Positions 18,094 through 28,473 are shown, counted from the stretch's first letter. The stretch is DNA of 64,000 nt from a virus (IMGVR_UViG_3300045988_130750:1-64000); one strand, 5' to 3'. Notes: a model not told the origin generated them from the letters alone. A program made the numbers and translations.

Positions 18094-19194
18094 TTAGTTT
18101 AATTTCTTTAATATTTCTACATTTTTTTTGATTTTTTCACATACATAATCTAATTCTTTTTTATTTTCATTGCCAGAAAAAGTGATTCTAATACAGCTAT
18201 TTATATCCTTCTTATCCATCCCAATTGATTGTAAAGTAGTAGATGATGTTAAATCTCCACTCGTACAAGCAGAACCCGTTGATACTTGAATATCTTTCAT
18301 ATCAAGTAATATCATAAGTGATTCGCCCTGAATTCCTTTAAAGCACACATATAAATTATGTGATAATCTGTGTTTTAAATCTGCACCAACTAGATAGCTA
18401 TCTGGGATATTTTTTAAGATATATTCATAGATATAATCTCTATTTTTAGATGAGATAGAAGAGTAGTTATATTTTTCAACTGCTTTTCCAATAGATGCAA
18501 TTCCGAGAACATTCTCAGTTCCTGCAAACAATCCATTATTTTGTATTCCATATATAAGAGGTTCTAATTGTATATCTGATTTCTTATATAAAACTCCAAT
18601 ACCTTTTAAAGCATGGATTTTATGTCCACTAAATCCTATCATATCAGCATCTAATTTTTTAACATCTATAGGAATTTGACTAATTGAACCTGTACAATCT
18701 ACGTAAACTTTTGCATTGTAAAAATGACATAAATCTATAATTTCTTTTACATTTTGAATTGTACCAATCTCTGAATTAGCATACTCAATTACAACTAGAT
18801 ATTTTTCACGAGCATTTAACAATCCTTTCAAATCTTGTATATCAATAAATCCTTGTGAATTTACTTTTAATGGATATGCCTTTTTAATATGTTCCACGCA
18901 TTTAAGAATTGATTTATGACATGTTGGTTGATATAAAATAATACAATTGTTTTTTTCGTAATAACCTTTTACAGCTAAAGAGTTTGATGCTGAACCACCA
19001 CTTGTAAAGATAATATCTTCTGGATTAGCATTGATAAATTTCGCTATGCTATTTCTAGCAGTAGATATAATCTGTTTTACATTTACACCTGACTGATACA
19101 TAGAAGATGGATTCTGATATGTATCTAATAGAGATATAATATAATCCTTAACTTCTTGTGTTAAAGGAGTAGTCGAAGCATTATCAAGATACAT
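18094..19194 (-). CDS. cysteine desulfurase (class V aminotransferase, NifS/IscS-like)
   Basis: MYLDNASTTP..., PLP-lysine motif GFSGHKIHALKGIG, active-site loop STGSACTSG. Confidence 0.85.
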   Translation of the reverse strand: MYLDNASTTPLTQEVKDYIISLLDTYQNPSSMYQSGVNVKQIISTARNSIAKFINANPEDIIFTSGGSASNSLAVKGYYEKNNCIILYQPTCHKSILKCVEHIKKAYPLKVNSQGFIDIQDLKGLLNAREKYLVVIEYANSEIGTIQNVKEIIDLCHFYNAKVYVDCTGSISQIPIDVKKLDADMIGFSGHKIHALKGIGVLYKKSDIQLEPLIYGIQNNGLFAGTENVLGIASIGKAVEKYNYSSISSKNRDYIYEYILKNIPDSYLVGADLKHRLSHNLYVCFKGIQGESLMILLDMKDIQVSTGSACTSGDLTSSTTLQSIGMDKKDINSCIRITFSGNENKKELDYVCEKIKKNVEILKKLN

Positions 19195-19209
19195 GTATAT
19201 TAATCCTCC

Positions 19210-19434
19210 TTAATTTGACTCATAATTACACCATTTCTTATATACCTCAATTGTGTCACTTCTAAGAAAAATCATTACAATAATTTTTCTGTCATTCTTA
19301 GGATTATAGCTTGGATATAAATCTATCGGATAAACGCCAGAATTAACATAAAAAGTTTGCTGATCTCTGTTGTATATCCGAACGACTTCTTTTTCACTAT
19401 AATCTCTTCCATGTAAATTACTTTTAATAATCAT
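19210..19434 (-). CDS. hypothetical protein (74 aa)
   Basis: GAGGAATAAAAGG RBS region; no motif. Confidence 0.5.
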   Translation of the reverse strand: MIIKSNLHGRDYSEKEVVRIYNRDQQTFYVNSGVYPIDLYPSYNPKNDRKIIVMIFLRSDTIEVYKKWCNYESN

Positions 19435-19460
19435 CCTTTTATTCCTCGTATAACGTAAAA

Positions 19461-19504
19461 AATAGGGAACATAAAACCATTGAATAGTAATTATGTTCCC
19501 TATT
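19461..19504. terminator. 13-bp-stem hairpin (bidirectional terminator candidate)
   Basis: AATAGGGAACATA ... TATGTTCCCTATT perfect inverted repeat flanked by A/T runs. Confidence 0.5.
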
Positions 19505-19537
19505 AATATTTTTCAAAATCACTATTCAACATTACCA

Positions 19538-19906
19538 TCAGTCTTTTTCTTCGACTTTTGTAACAATACCATTTTTAGTAAATTCTTCATATACTTTATT
19601 TTCTTTCTTATTTACTGTTTTCTTCAGTTGTGTTTTTATTTTCATAATAGAAGCAATAGATTTCTGATAACTTTCACCAAAGTTATTTTTTCTTGACAAA
19701 TCCAACTTAGATAATTTTTCTTTTGCTTCAATATCTGTCATTCGTCCATCTTCATATGCAGAAGTTACATTATAAATGTCCTTACAATTTTCGGAACAAT
19801 ATGCGAAATACCAAGTTGGTTTGTTCACATCTTCTGGGTCACAGACTGGACAATAAGAAAATTTGCCATGACAAACACAACACATTCTTAAATCTTTTTT
19901 AGCCAT
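19538..19906 (-). CDS. zinc-ribbon protein (122 aa)
   Basis: AAGGAGG RBS; CCVCHGKFSYCPVCDP...YCSENC cysteine clusters. Confidence 0.55.
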   Translation of the reverse strand: MAKKDLRMCCVCHGKFSYCPVCDPEDVNKPTWYFAYCSENCKDIYNVTSAYEDGRMTDIEAKEKLSKLDLSRKNNFGESYQKSIASIMKIKTQLKKTVNKKENKVYEEFTKNGIVTKVEEKD

Positions 19907-19957
19907 TGATCCTCCTTATAAGAAAGGGCAGTAGTTAAACTGCCCAAATAATCTTAA

Positions 19958-20797
19958 TTAGATATCTTCCTCTTCCTCGTCAATGTAGTAGATAGAGAAA
20001 AGCTCAGAGTCAGTAGAACAAGCATTAAGCATCATAGCTCCCTTGTAATCCATTGTCTGAGAATCACCACCCTGAAGGGCAAGAGTGAACTCTGGACTTG
20101 GCATAAATGATGGAATGTGAATAATAGCAGCTCTAAGAGTCTCTGTATCACATTTATCAACAACTAATGCCTTGAAGAACAATTCATGAGCTTTCGGGAA
20201 TTTCTTACCAGAGTTAGTAATCTTAGCGCCGCTATGAATTGTCTTCTTATATTTAACGATGTACTGTGTCTCACCATCTGCTGTTGGAGGCTCCAATACG
20301 TCACTTGCGGCTACAGAACCTGGTTCTCCTGGAGTTCCAGAAGCATCTGTATGTTTAATATTAAACTCTGTTGCAGTAGCAGAAGATCCCTTTGTGTATA
20401 CTTCCTTACCCATAGAACCTTTTGGAGACAGAGAATTTACAACTACAGAACCGTCAACATATCCTGTAATATCAAGAGTCTCACCTGCCTTTACAATCTG
20501 AATCATTGGCATAACAATACCCTTGTCTTCAGTTGCAATTTCTGCATCTGTAGCTGAAATAGCTTCAACAACAGCAAGGTTAAGGAATGCATTAGTTGCA
20601 GTTACTTCACCTTTCTTACCCGTATATTTTCTATATACAAGATTTCCATCCTTATCATTGATATCAGTAGAATCAGCGGTAATATCAATATTTGCTTCTG
20701 TAAGCTGAGTTAAAGCGTACAGTGGTGTACCGTTAGATTTTGCACCGTAACCAAACTGAAGTCTATCAACGATTACGTCACCTAATTTAAATGCCAT
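19958..20797 (-). CDS. putative major tail (tube) protein
   Basis: AAAGGAGG RBS preceded by a hairpin cassette typical of highly expressed genes; size, Thr/Gly/Ser-rich beta-type composition, last gene of the head-tail module; function by position only. Confidence 0.4.
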   Translation of the reverse strand: MAFKLGDVIVDRLQFGYGAKSNGTPLYALTQLTEANIDITADSTDINDKDGNLVYRKYTGKKGEVTATNAFLNLAVVEAISATDAEIATEDKGIVMPMIQIVKAGETLDITGYVDGSVVVNSLSPKGSMGKEVYTKGSSATATEFNIKHTDASGTPGEPGSVAASDVLEPPTADGETQYIVKYKKTIHSGAKITNSGKKFPKAHELFFKALVVDKCDTETLRAAIIHIPSFMPSPEFTLALQGGDSQTMDYKGAMMLNACSTDSELFSIYYIDEEEEDI

Positions 20798-20846
20798 AAT
20801 TATTTTCCTCCTTTAAAAATTGTTTTTATGCAATAAAAATGAGCGA

Positions 20847-21680
20847 TTATAAATCGCCCATAAAATTGATTAAGTCGTTTGGTATGTCTTTTGCTGAAAC
20901 CATACCACCATAAATTCCATGTAAAGCAGCTATGCCTTGTTCATACTTTTGTATTCTTTGCACAGAATCCATAAATTGACATATATTTACTTGTTTTAAG
21001 TCTTCCAATTTGTATTTAAAACCAGGATGATTTATACAAGCAGACACAAGTGGCAAAAGAGTGGAAGAATCTTTTTTGTCATTGTTTTGTTGTGCTTTCA
21101 TCCTATCTTCTTGAAGCATCCAATGTTTTGTTGTTTTACCTTTTGCTTTTTCTGTCTTTGGATGTATATTCATCATCGCTCGAATAAACTCGGCAATCTC
21201 AAGATAATCATCATCGTAAATGATTACGTTTTTCTCTCCATTAAATAATGCCAAATGATTAAATTCAGTATCATCAATGTTTTTCTTTGCTGAAGTTAAT
21301 TCAAATCCATCAAAAGAAAAGTCTTTAAAAATCAATCTTAATGGTTCTTTGTCTTGTAAAATTTGATACAAAATATAAAATACTTCTATATCTTTTGTCT
21401 TATTCCAATCCTTTTTAAATGCATCATAAAGCATAACTCTTACAGATGTTGGATTATTTAAGAACGGAGACAATGATTGATAAAATCTCTGTTCTCCAAT
21501 ATTCAAAATATCCCCGATAGTTGGAATAGAAATAGTAATACCATTTATCTCATAATCCTCGCCAAAATACATTTTGAGTTTGTCAAAGTGATATTCTGGT
21601 TTATTATTCTGAGATTGTTTTTTTTCTGAGTCTTTTTCAGCAGCATTTTGCAGATTATCCAGTGTTTCTAATACATCCAC
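20847..21680 (-). CDS. hypothetical structural-module protein (277 aa)
   Basis: ORF track (GTG start); in the head-tail module. Confidence 0.5.
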   Translation of the reverse strand: MDVLETLDNLQNAAEKDSEKKQSQNNKPEYHFDKLKMYFGEDYEINGITISIPTIGDILNIGEQRFYQSLSPFLNNPTSVRVMLYDAFKKDWNKTKDIEVFYILYQILQDKEPLRLIFKDFSFDGFELTSAKKNIDDTEFNHLALFNGEKNVIIYDDDYLEIAEFIRAMMNIHPKTEKAKGKTTKHWMLQEDRMKAQQNNDKKDSSTLLPLVSACINHPGFKYKLEDLKQVNICQFMDSVQRIQKYEQGIAALHGIYGGMVSAKDIPNDLINFMGDL

Positions 21681-21684
21681 TCAA

Positions 21685-22335
21685 TCACCGCCTAACTCCA
21701 TAATTTGTGATTGAAGTTTTTCCATCAGTTGTTTTATGAATACCGTTAGTATCAACAACTTGGAATACGAGAGTACGAACAAGATAATTATTATCTGTTG
21801 TAGATTCCTTTGATGATACAAGATGTGTTTGCATTCCAAATATATTTGACCAATTAAATCGCTCTCTTATAATAGAAGCAATAAGATCGTGTCTTGGAAC
21901 ACCAGTTAATTTATCATTTCTGTCATTACCATGAACAAAAATAGTAAATGTAACATTTGTATACTTTAATGTATCCTGATAGCGAGGCATTTCATCAAAA
22001 GATACTTGGTAACAGATATAATGTTTTACCTCCGTCTGAGTGTCAGGGATAAACAAATAAGGACGGATATTGGATGTTCCACCGAAATATCTATCCCATT
22101 CTCCAAGAGGTTCATATTCTTTTGTATCTTCGTTCCATTCCCAATTGATATTACCATCATCATCAAAAAGTTCAGATTCTAATGATTTTTCATTAAGTGC
22201 ATATAAAAGACATGGATTAAGCATAAGTGCTTTTTCAATCTTTTTCTTATACTGAATATTTTCATCATCAGGAGTTGTCTTATATGCACGAAGCTTATTT
22301 AACAAATCATTCTTTGTAACTAATTTTTCTGCCAT
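21685..22335 (-). CDS. hypothetical structural-module protein (216 aa)
   Basis: AGGAGGTG RBS. Confidence 0.6.
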   Translation of the reverse strand: MAEKLVTKNDLLNKLRAYKTTPDDENIQYKKKIEKALMLNPCLLYALNEKSLESELFDDDGNINWEWNEDTKEYEPLGEWDRYFGGTSNIRPYLFIPDTQTEVKHYICYQVSFDEMPRYQDTLKYTNVTFTIFVHGNDRNDKLTGVPRHDLIASIIRERFNWSNIFGMQTHLVSSKESTTDNNYLVRTLVFQVVDTNGIHKTTDGKTSITNYGVRR

Positions 22336-22345
22336 AAAACACCTC

Positions 22346-23608
22346 CTATTCGATTAATTCTAACGGCAAAATTTCAGATTCAATCGGCAAGTTATCCTTG
22401 ATAATTTCACATTTAACAGAAAGTATTTTGCCGATAGTAGAAGTGTCGTTAGGAAACTTTACTTTCTTTTGGTTGTATTCTGTACCAGCTCGCCATGTTA
22501 CTTTATTAGTCCAATCTTCATCGTCAATAGAGCAAGTCCATGTAAAGGTTGCATCAGTATATTCAGTTGTGATATCTTCGTTGGAATCGTTGAATAGATT
22601 TACTGTAAGATTTTTATAAGAGCCACCAACTTTAATTGTTGAAGTGGATGCGGAAATCTTTGCCGTGATAGAAGATGGGGGAGTAGTTGGAGTGGATGGA
22701 TCTGTTGGGGCGATTTCTGAATCGAAATAGTTCGCATACATTTCGCCCGTTTCAAGATTGACATAATCAGTATGCTCATTCCAAAATGCTGTATATATAG
22801 TAAGCTTTTGAATACCAAATGGCATTGAATTTTCAACCTTGGTCACTGTCCATACGGTAGGATGTTCTGTCAAAGCACTTACTACAACACGCATATTTTT
22901 AGAATCTTCAGAAGTGTACCAAAACTTCTCTGTAATAGAGTTCATTGGCAACCATATCTTATCCTGATTATCTGTATGTGTAAAATATCGGTCTGTATAA
23001 GTTCCGATTGTGTAGGAGTTTTGCTGTCTTAAACAACACCACATACGTCTCTTTATACGTTTATCATTAGATTTTTCAATCCATGTAAGTTCGTAATTTA
23101 CTGGTAAAATTAGATACTTTGGAAACTGATTTGCAGGTTCATCACGACAGACAATCCACTTATGATAAATTCCTCTATCATCTGGAACGTCCACAAAAAG
23201 CCCTATCGGGAATGTCGCTCCAAAGCGTTTCTTAAAATCTGTTTCGTAATAGTAAAGGTCATCACCTTCTGAAAATCTCACAGGCTGACTTGGACGAAAC
23301 ATTAAATAGTATTCTACTTGATCCTTATCCATTGACTGATAAGATTTTACAATAAACTTTGCATCAATCTTTGTTTTATTTGTATTTTCATAAGTCATTC
23401 CTTCGGCAAGAGAACGAATAATACCATGTTCATCTGTATAAAAATCATCATGAAAATAGTCATAAATGTAACAAGTCTTTGTAGCGATGTCGTTTTCAAA
23501 TGTCTGTTCCATCGCCCAATCAGATTCTTCCTTATAAATCTGACCAATCGTTTTAGCACCGTTGTTCTTGGCGTTTGCGACACGCCTAGCTGTTTGTAGA
23601 CTCGGCAT
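22346..23608 (-). CDS. structural protein with C-terminal Ig-like domain
   Basis: start moved to ATG 23608 (GAGGAGGTGG RBS); PT-rich linker PTDPSTPTTPPSS then an Ig-like beta-rich ~90 aa. Confidence 0.55.
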   Translation of the reverse strand: MPSLQTARRVANAKNNGAKTIGQIYKEESDWAMEQTFENDIATKTCYIYDYFHDDFYTDEHGIIRSLAEGMTYENTNKTKIDAKFIVKSYQSMDKDQVEYYLMFRPSQPVRFSEGDDLYYYETDFKKRFGATFPIGLFVDVPDDRGIYHKWIVCRDEPANQFPKYLILPVNYELTWIEKSNDKRIKRRMWCCLRQQNSYTIGTYTDRYFTHTDNQDKIWLPMNSITEKFWYTSEDSKNMRVVVSALTEHPTVWTVTKVENSMPFGIQKLTIYTAFWNEHTDYVNLETGEMYANYFDSEIAPTDPSTPTTPPSSITAKISASTSTIKVGGSYKNLTVNLFNDSNEDITTEYTDATFTWTCSIDDEDWTNKVTWRAGTEYNQKKVKFPNDTSTIGKILSVKCEIIKDNLPIESEILPLELIE

Positions 23609-23951
23609 CGCAACCCACCTCCTCAAACATCTGCTTAATATATCCGTGAGAATCCAAGATTGCTCTACGGAATTTTTTGTAACTAAAATGGTCGCTCTTG
23701 AAATTATCCATAGCACCTTGTAAGGTTGCCATAAGAGTTACCATAAGTCCGTTATCATTAAATAAGGTTTTTGTGCCACCTAATTTAAACATAACATTCT
23801 CAAAGAAGACGAGAAATGCTTCATCATCTTCAAATATTTTCTCTTCAATTGTCTTGTCTTTATAGAGCAGTAGTTTGTGAATATCACCATGCATTGCACG
23901 AACTGCTTCATTGATTTGCTTGTCTGTGAAGTCACCATATATGTATTGCAT
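23586..23951 (-). CDS. hypothetical head-tail joining module protein
   Basis: start moved to ATG 23951 (GGAG RBS); overlaps neighbours by a few nt. Confidence 0.5.
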   Translation of the reverse strand: MQYIYGDFTDKQINEAVRAMHGDIHKLLLYKDKTIEEKIFEDDEAFLVFFENVMFKLGGTKTLFNDNGLMVTLMATLQGAMDNFKSDHFSYKKFRRAILDSHGYIKQMFEEVGCDAESTNS

Positions 23952-23952
23952 A

Positions 23953-24408
23953 TTAGGACTCCGTGTTAATATAGGAATTATACATATATCCGTAATCACG
24001 AATACGTTTATTCAATTCAATTTTCATGGAATCCAGACGATCAATCATATTTTTATGATTGTCAAGTAACTTCTTTTCTTCCTTGCCACCTATCATTACT
24101 GATGTGTGCATAATAGAATCAACCTGTGGTTGTAACCACTCAATCGTCATTCCAAGTATAAGAATTCCTACGACAAAATTCATATCAGCAGTTTCATCTA
24201 CTGAATTATTCAGCGTAAAATCCAACTGTTGAATTTCATCATCGAGTGTGAGAGAAGAGAATAGCCTGCGCACTCTTGGATTAGCAATTACATTGTTTAA
24301 TCGCTCTGTATATATTTCAAGCAAATCATTTTCGTCAAGAGAGAGTTCCTTCGGATCTGAAATTCGTCCTCTTGTTCGTGAAAAAATTGTTTCGTATGGA
24401 AGCGTCAT
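23953..24408 (-). CDS. hypothetical head-tail connector module protein
   Basis: AAAGGAGG RBS; position after the capsid gene. Confidence 0.5.
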   Translation of the reverse strand: MTLPYETIFSRTRGRISDPKELSLDENDLLEIYTERLNNVIANPRVRRLFSSLTLDDEIQQLDFTLNNSVDETADMNFVVGILILGMTIEWLQPQVDSIMHTSVMIGGKEEKKLLDNHKNMIDRLDSMKIELNKRIRDYGYMYNSYINTES

Positions 24409-24423
24409 TGTGAGCCTCCTTTA

Positions 24424-24957
24424 CTACATATTCAATTTTAAAAGTAACTCTGTTCCAAAAATAGAATCAAGCGTCTGAATTCTCTTAACAGAATCAAGTG
24501 TTCCGTCATCAACCATACTTGTTGCAATAGTTTTTAATGCTTCCTGTGCTCCAATTGGAAGAGAATAGATTGCTTTTTCCATTTGCGAAGGAGTCATCTT
24601 TAAAATATCTCTTAAATCATTTGTCGAGTGAAGAGTAGAATATAAATCATCAAGTTCTGGATGTAATGCGATAAAATCTGCATCCTGTACAACAAAACGA
24701 GGTTTAAACATCATCTTGTCACCCTTCCTTGCTGCATAATCCAAATCTCTAAATTCAATTTCCTGAACGTCATCAATATCTGCAAATGTATATAAAGTAT
24801 CTGATTTAAGTCCAACATAAAATAATTCTCCTGCTGTAAGAGACACACATGGAATCATTTCTGTTGGCTCAAACTTCTTTTTTTCTGATTTCTTTTCAGC
24901 CACATCAGTATTAGTATTTTCTACTGCTTTTGTGGTGGTCTTTTTTGTATATGCCAT
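24424..24957 (-). CDS. hypothetical head-module protein (177 aa)
   Basis: AAAGGAAAA RBS; follows the capsid gene. Confidence 0.55.
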   Translation of the reverse strand: MAYTKKTTTKAVENTNTDVAEKKSEKKKFEPTEMIPCVSLTAGELFYVGLKSDTLYTFADIDDVQEIEFRDLDYAARKGDKMMFKPRFVVQDADFIALHPELDDLYSTLHSTNDLRDILKMTPSQMEKAIYSLPIGAQEALKTIATSMVDDGTLDSVKRIQTLDSIFGTELLLKLNM

Positions 24958-25022
24958 TTATTTTTCCTTTCTATCCAATATAAAAAGAGTGGCTAGATAA
25001 ACTAACCACTCAACCTTATTTA

Positions 25023-26144
25023 CTATTCAAGAGTCCACTGACCAAAGTACTGTGGCAATACTACCTCAACACCCATTTCTCTCTGAACTTCATATTTCTG
25101 GAAGTCATCAGCGTGTTCTCCCTTCTGAGTACCAGACTCATAAATCTGAGTTTCGCCCTTATCTATAAACCACACGAACTGTTCCTGATTCTTTGCAAAG
25201 ATAAGAAGTCTCTTATCGTCAATAAGTCTCTTTGTTACATCATTGAAAGCAAATCTCTGAGGAATCTCAATAAGCTCTGTTCCTTCATATGTACCAAGGC
25301 GACCAGTCTTTGCAACATCTTCTTTCTGAGACAAACTTCTCCAATCAACTTCTGTAAGACCATTAAGTTTCTTTAATGCAGTCTTTGTACCCATAATAAC
25401 AACTTCTGCACTGTTAGCAGTTCCAACATCCTCAAGAAGTGTATCAAACTTGTCCTTAGTAGAAGCAGATAAAGCACCTGTTTTTACAAACTGAGAGTTG
25501 TTAGGTAACTTAGTTGCAGCACCATAAATTCCTGTATAGCAAAGTTCCTGAACTTTATATACAAACGCTTCTGCAATCTTATCTGTCAGCTCAGTAAAAT
25601 CAATACGTCCAAGTAAAATAAGATCAATATCCTTACCAATCTTTACACCATACTTCTTAGTATGAATCTTGTGTGCTGTACCTTCATTTAAGTACTGTAA
25701 AGTCAGATCATGGTGGTCACCACTAATTTCAGCAACAGCAAGCATAACCTTTTCTCTTGACCAAAACTCTTCCTCGTCGCCAAGTTTAACATTTCTCATA
25801 TCTACAAAATCATTAAACCACTCAGACTCCTTGAATGCTGTATCTACCTTAAAATCAATATCAGACTCAAGTAACTCATATACTTCTGTGTGATGAAGCT
25901 CTAAGGCTCTTTCACGTCTCTTATTGGATCTAAGATCCTCTTCAGTAAGGTCACATACCTCCATAATAATTTTACGGATTGCCTTATTTGCTTCGTGCTT
26001 AGAAACCTTTCTCTGGTTTCCGTCATCATCATACTCATAAATATCAATTCCGTGATTTAAATTGTATGTAAGCTTCTTAAAATTTTCATACTTATCAGCA
26101 TCTTCAAAAACTTTTCTTAAATGTTCTGTACTAAATCTCATCAT
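25023..26144 (-). CDS. major capsid protein (HK97-fold type, by position and size)
   Basis: 373 aa; AAAGGAGG RBS; follows scaffold-like and small head genes, precedes the connector genes. Confidence 0.6.
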   Translation of the reverse strand: MMRFSTEHLRKVFEDADKYENFKKLTYNLNHGIDIYEYDDDGNQRKVSKHEANKAIRKIIMEVCDLTEEDLRSNKRRERALELHHTEVYELLESDIDFKVDTAFKESEWFNDFVDMRNVKLGDEEEFWSREKVMLAVAEISGDHHDLTLQYLNEGTAHKIHTKKYGVKIGKDIDLILLGRIDFTELTDKIAEAFVYKVQELCYTGIYGAATKLPNNSQFVKTGALSASTKDKFDTLLEDVGTANSAEVVIMGTKTALKKLNGLTEVDWRSLSQKEDVAKTGRLGTYEGTELIEIPQRFAFNDVTKRLIDDKRLLIFAKNQEQFVWFIDKGETQIYESGTQKGEHADDFQKYEVQREMGVEVVLPQYFGQWTLE

Positions 26145-26165
26145 TATTCTATATCCTCCTTTCTA

Positions 26166-26636
26166 TTACGCACCAATTTTTAATTTTCCACTAGAAATCG
26201 TTGTGATTTCAGCTCCAACTGTAGGTGAGCCATCAAAATTATCTTCTGTAAGCCAATAACGATCCTGTGAATGAAGCATGTATCCACGAACTGCACCGTC
26301 TGCTGGATCGTTATAGAAATTAGAAGCAAGTGCGAGTGAACGAGGACTCTCGACATTGTTGAGAGGTTTCTGATAGATAACACCAACTCCCTTTGGATCT
26401 CTAATTACAACAAGGTATCTTCCTGACGCATCCTTCATTGCGATATAAGCATCAATTTCAGTTGCAGCTTCCATCTCCCAATTATCAAGAGAAGTCATCT
26501 TACCTGGTTTGAAATGATATCCGTTAGGTGTATCTTCTGTGATCTTTACAGATAAAATGTGCTCACCATAATCCTGAGCAAGTAAATTACCAATTTCCAT
26601 CTGTGGAAATTTTGTAGCAGCATATTTAATAGCCAT
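26166..26636 (-). CDS. head-module protein (decoration or scaffold accessory?)
   Basis: start moved to ATG 26636 (AAGGAGGAAAAC RBS) just after a hairpin-TTTTTTATTGCA cassette. Confidence 0.5.
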   Translation of the reverse strand: MAIKYAATKFPQMEIGNLLAQDYGEHILSVKITEDTPNGYHFKPGKMTSLDNWEMEAATEIDAYIAMKDASGRYLVVIRDPKGVGVIYQKPLNNVESPRSLALASNFYNDPADGAVRGYMLHSQDRYWLTEDNFDGSPTVGAEITTISSGKLKIGA

Positions 26637-26724
26637 TATGTTTTCCTCCTTAAATTTTGTTTTTTTTTGCAATAAAAAAGAACGCATAAAGCGTTCTATA
26701 TGAAATGAAGTTATATTCAGTTTT

Positions 26725-28419
26725 TTAATCAAATAAGTTGCCGTAGTTTTTCTTAGGCTTTGATTTCTTATTCATATTTGTAAGTATTTTAACCGAATTT
26801 GTGTTTTTCTTTGTGTCAACAGAAGAGAAGTTCGCATGTGCAGACATATAATCTGAATGCATAACCTTTACTTTTGTTTCAAAGTCTTCTACGGAATAAT
26901 TATCCATAGTCTTTACTAATTCAGCGAAATCAGTATTTATATAATTTCCTTCTGAATCTTTCTCTGTAAGAACAGAATAGTTATCAGCATTGATAATAGC
27001 TTCTTTCTGTGCATGAAGTTCATTATTTTCTGCTGTCTCTTTAAAATCTTTGAGTGCAACGTAGTTTGAACGCATAGATTCAAGTTCAGCCTTCTCACTT
27101 GCTGTTAAAAGTTCACGGAATAATTCAATACGTTCACCATCAAATGCAACATTGTCACCATCTTTCGTATAGTTCTGGCGGTAGATTTTATCAGTACACC
27201 AACCCTCATATACAAAATAAGAATCAAATACATTTGAGATATAGTAATAATCATTATCTGACTCTTCATATGGTGCTAACAGATTATAGAGTGCATATCT
27301 TGTATCTTCATGAGAAATCTCATATGTACGAACAATCTTTTCAAAAGTCTGACTTCCACCTTCATTCCCATCTGGATCTGAAGCTCCTTCGCCATCACCG
27401 TCTCCATCATTGGAAGGCTCACCAGATTCTCCGTTATCTGAATTGTCTCCTTCTAAATTGTCATCATCGAACATCTCAGCGAATTTTGCTTCAAGTTCCT
27501 CATCTGACATTTCTGTATAGTCGAATGTTACATCTTCAGCAGTCTTACCATATTTGGCAAGTAACTCTTCAAATTTTGTCATTTTGTTATTTGTTCCTCC
27601 TTCCTTTGATTGTGTTTGAACAGAAGTCTGTTCTTTATTGAAATTAGAAAGTGTCTTATTAAGATTTTCTAAGAGTTCAATCAATTTTTCATTTTTGTCA
27701 AATTTTACTGAATTGTTATTTACACTAAAATCTGCAATATCGGCACGAGAACCTTCCATACCTTCCTGAATTTCTGTACCATCATCATGACTTCCTAACA
27801 AAGTCGAAGCGTTTACATAGAAATCATTTAATTCAAGATACTTCTCCTTGGCGTTGTAAGAAAGTTCATCAATGAAAAGCTCGCAACTATTTTTTGAACC
27901 TTGTTTTGCACGAATAATTTCACAAGCCTTTGTGTATTCTTCACTTATATAAGCATAAGCACATACATAATCTTTATCTAAGTTGTCATCATGTTCCCAA
28001 AATGCAGGTTCAGATGAGAAAGAACCAACTTGAGATTCAATATATCTCAGTTCTTCTTTACCTTTTTCGTCTTTAACAATTTCCATCTCATGACCTTCGA
28101 AATCCCAACTGCCATCGTCAAGCTGATGGATTGCAGCCAATACAGGTCTGTCAGCAATTGTATTCATTGCTTTCTCAGCAGCATCCTTTGATACATAACT
28201 CTTATTTCTGTTAAGTCCTGTATGAAAAATTCTGAATTTAAGACGCATCATTCCACGATGATTTTCGTCTACGGTATCATCTATCTCAAAAGTAGTAGGT
28301 ACTTTTAAAGCCAACTGATAACCAGTATCTTTAGAACTGAATTTTGCAAATTTTTGTTCTTGGCAAAATTTTAGTAAATCATCTTCAGTTAAAATTTTCT
28401 TTTTAATAACCTTTGGCAT
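26725..28419 (-). CDS. putative scaffold / prohead-core protein with acidic low-complexity linker
   Basis: 564 aa between portal and capsid; DDDNLEGDNSDNGESGEPSNDGDGDGEGASDPDGNEGG linker; coiled-coil C-terminus. Confidence 0.45.
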   Translation of the reverse strand: MPKVIKKKILTEDDLLKFCQEQKFAKFSSKDTGYQLALKVPTTFEIDDTVDENHRGMMRLKFRIFHTGLNRNKSYVSKDAAEKAMNTIADRPVLAAIHQLDDGSWDFEGHEMEIVKDEKGKEELRYIESQVGSFSSEPAFWEHDDNLDKDYVCAYAYISEEYTKACEIIRAKQGSKNSCELFIDELSYNAKEKYLELNDFYVNASTLLGSHDDGTEIQEGMEGSRADIADFSVNNNSVKFDKNEKLIELLENLNKTLSNFNKEQTSVQTQSKEGGTNNKMTKFEELLAKYGKTAEDVTFDYTEMSDEELEAKFAEMFDDDNLEGDNSDNGESGEPSNDGDGDGEGASDPDGNEGGSQTFEKIVRTYEISHEDTRYALYNLLAPYEESDNDYYYISNVFDSYFVYEGWCTDKIYRQNYTKDGDNVAFDGERIELFRELLTASEKAELESMRSNYVALKDFKETAENNELHAQKEAIINADNYSVLTEKDSEGNYINTDFAELVKTMDNYSVEDFETKVKVMHSDYMSAHANFSSVDTKKNTNSVKILTNMNKKSKPKKNYGNLFD

Positions 28420-28473
28420 CTACTTAGTCTTTTCCTCCTTTCTGACATAATAAAAGTCGCCCAAGGAAGACGA

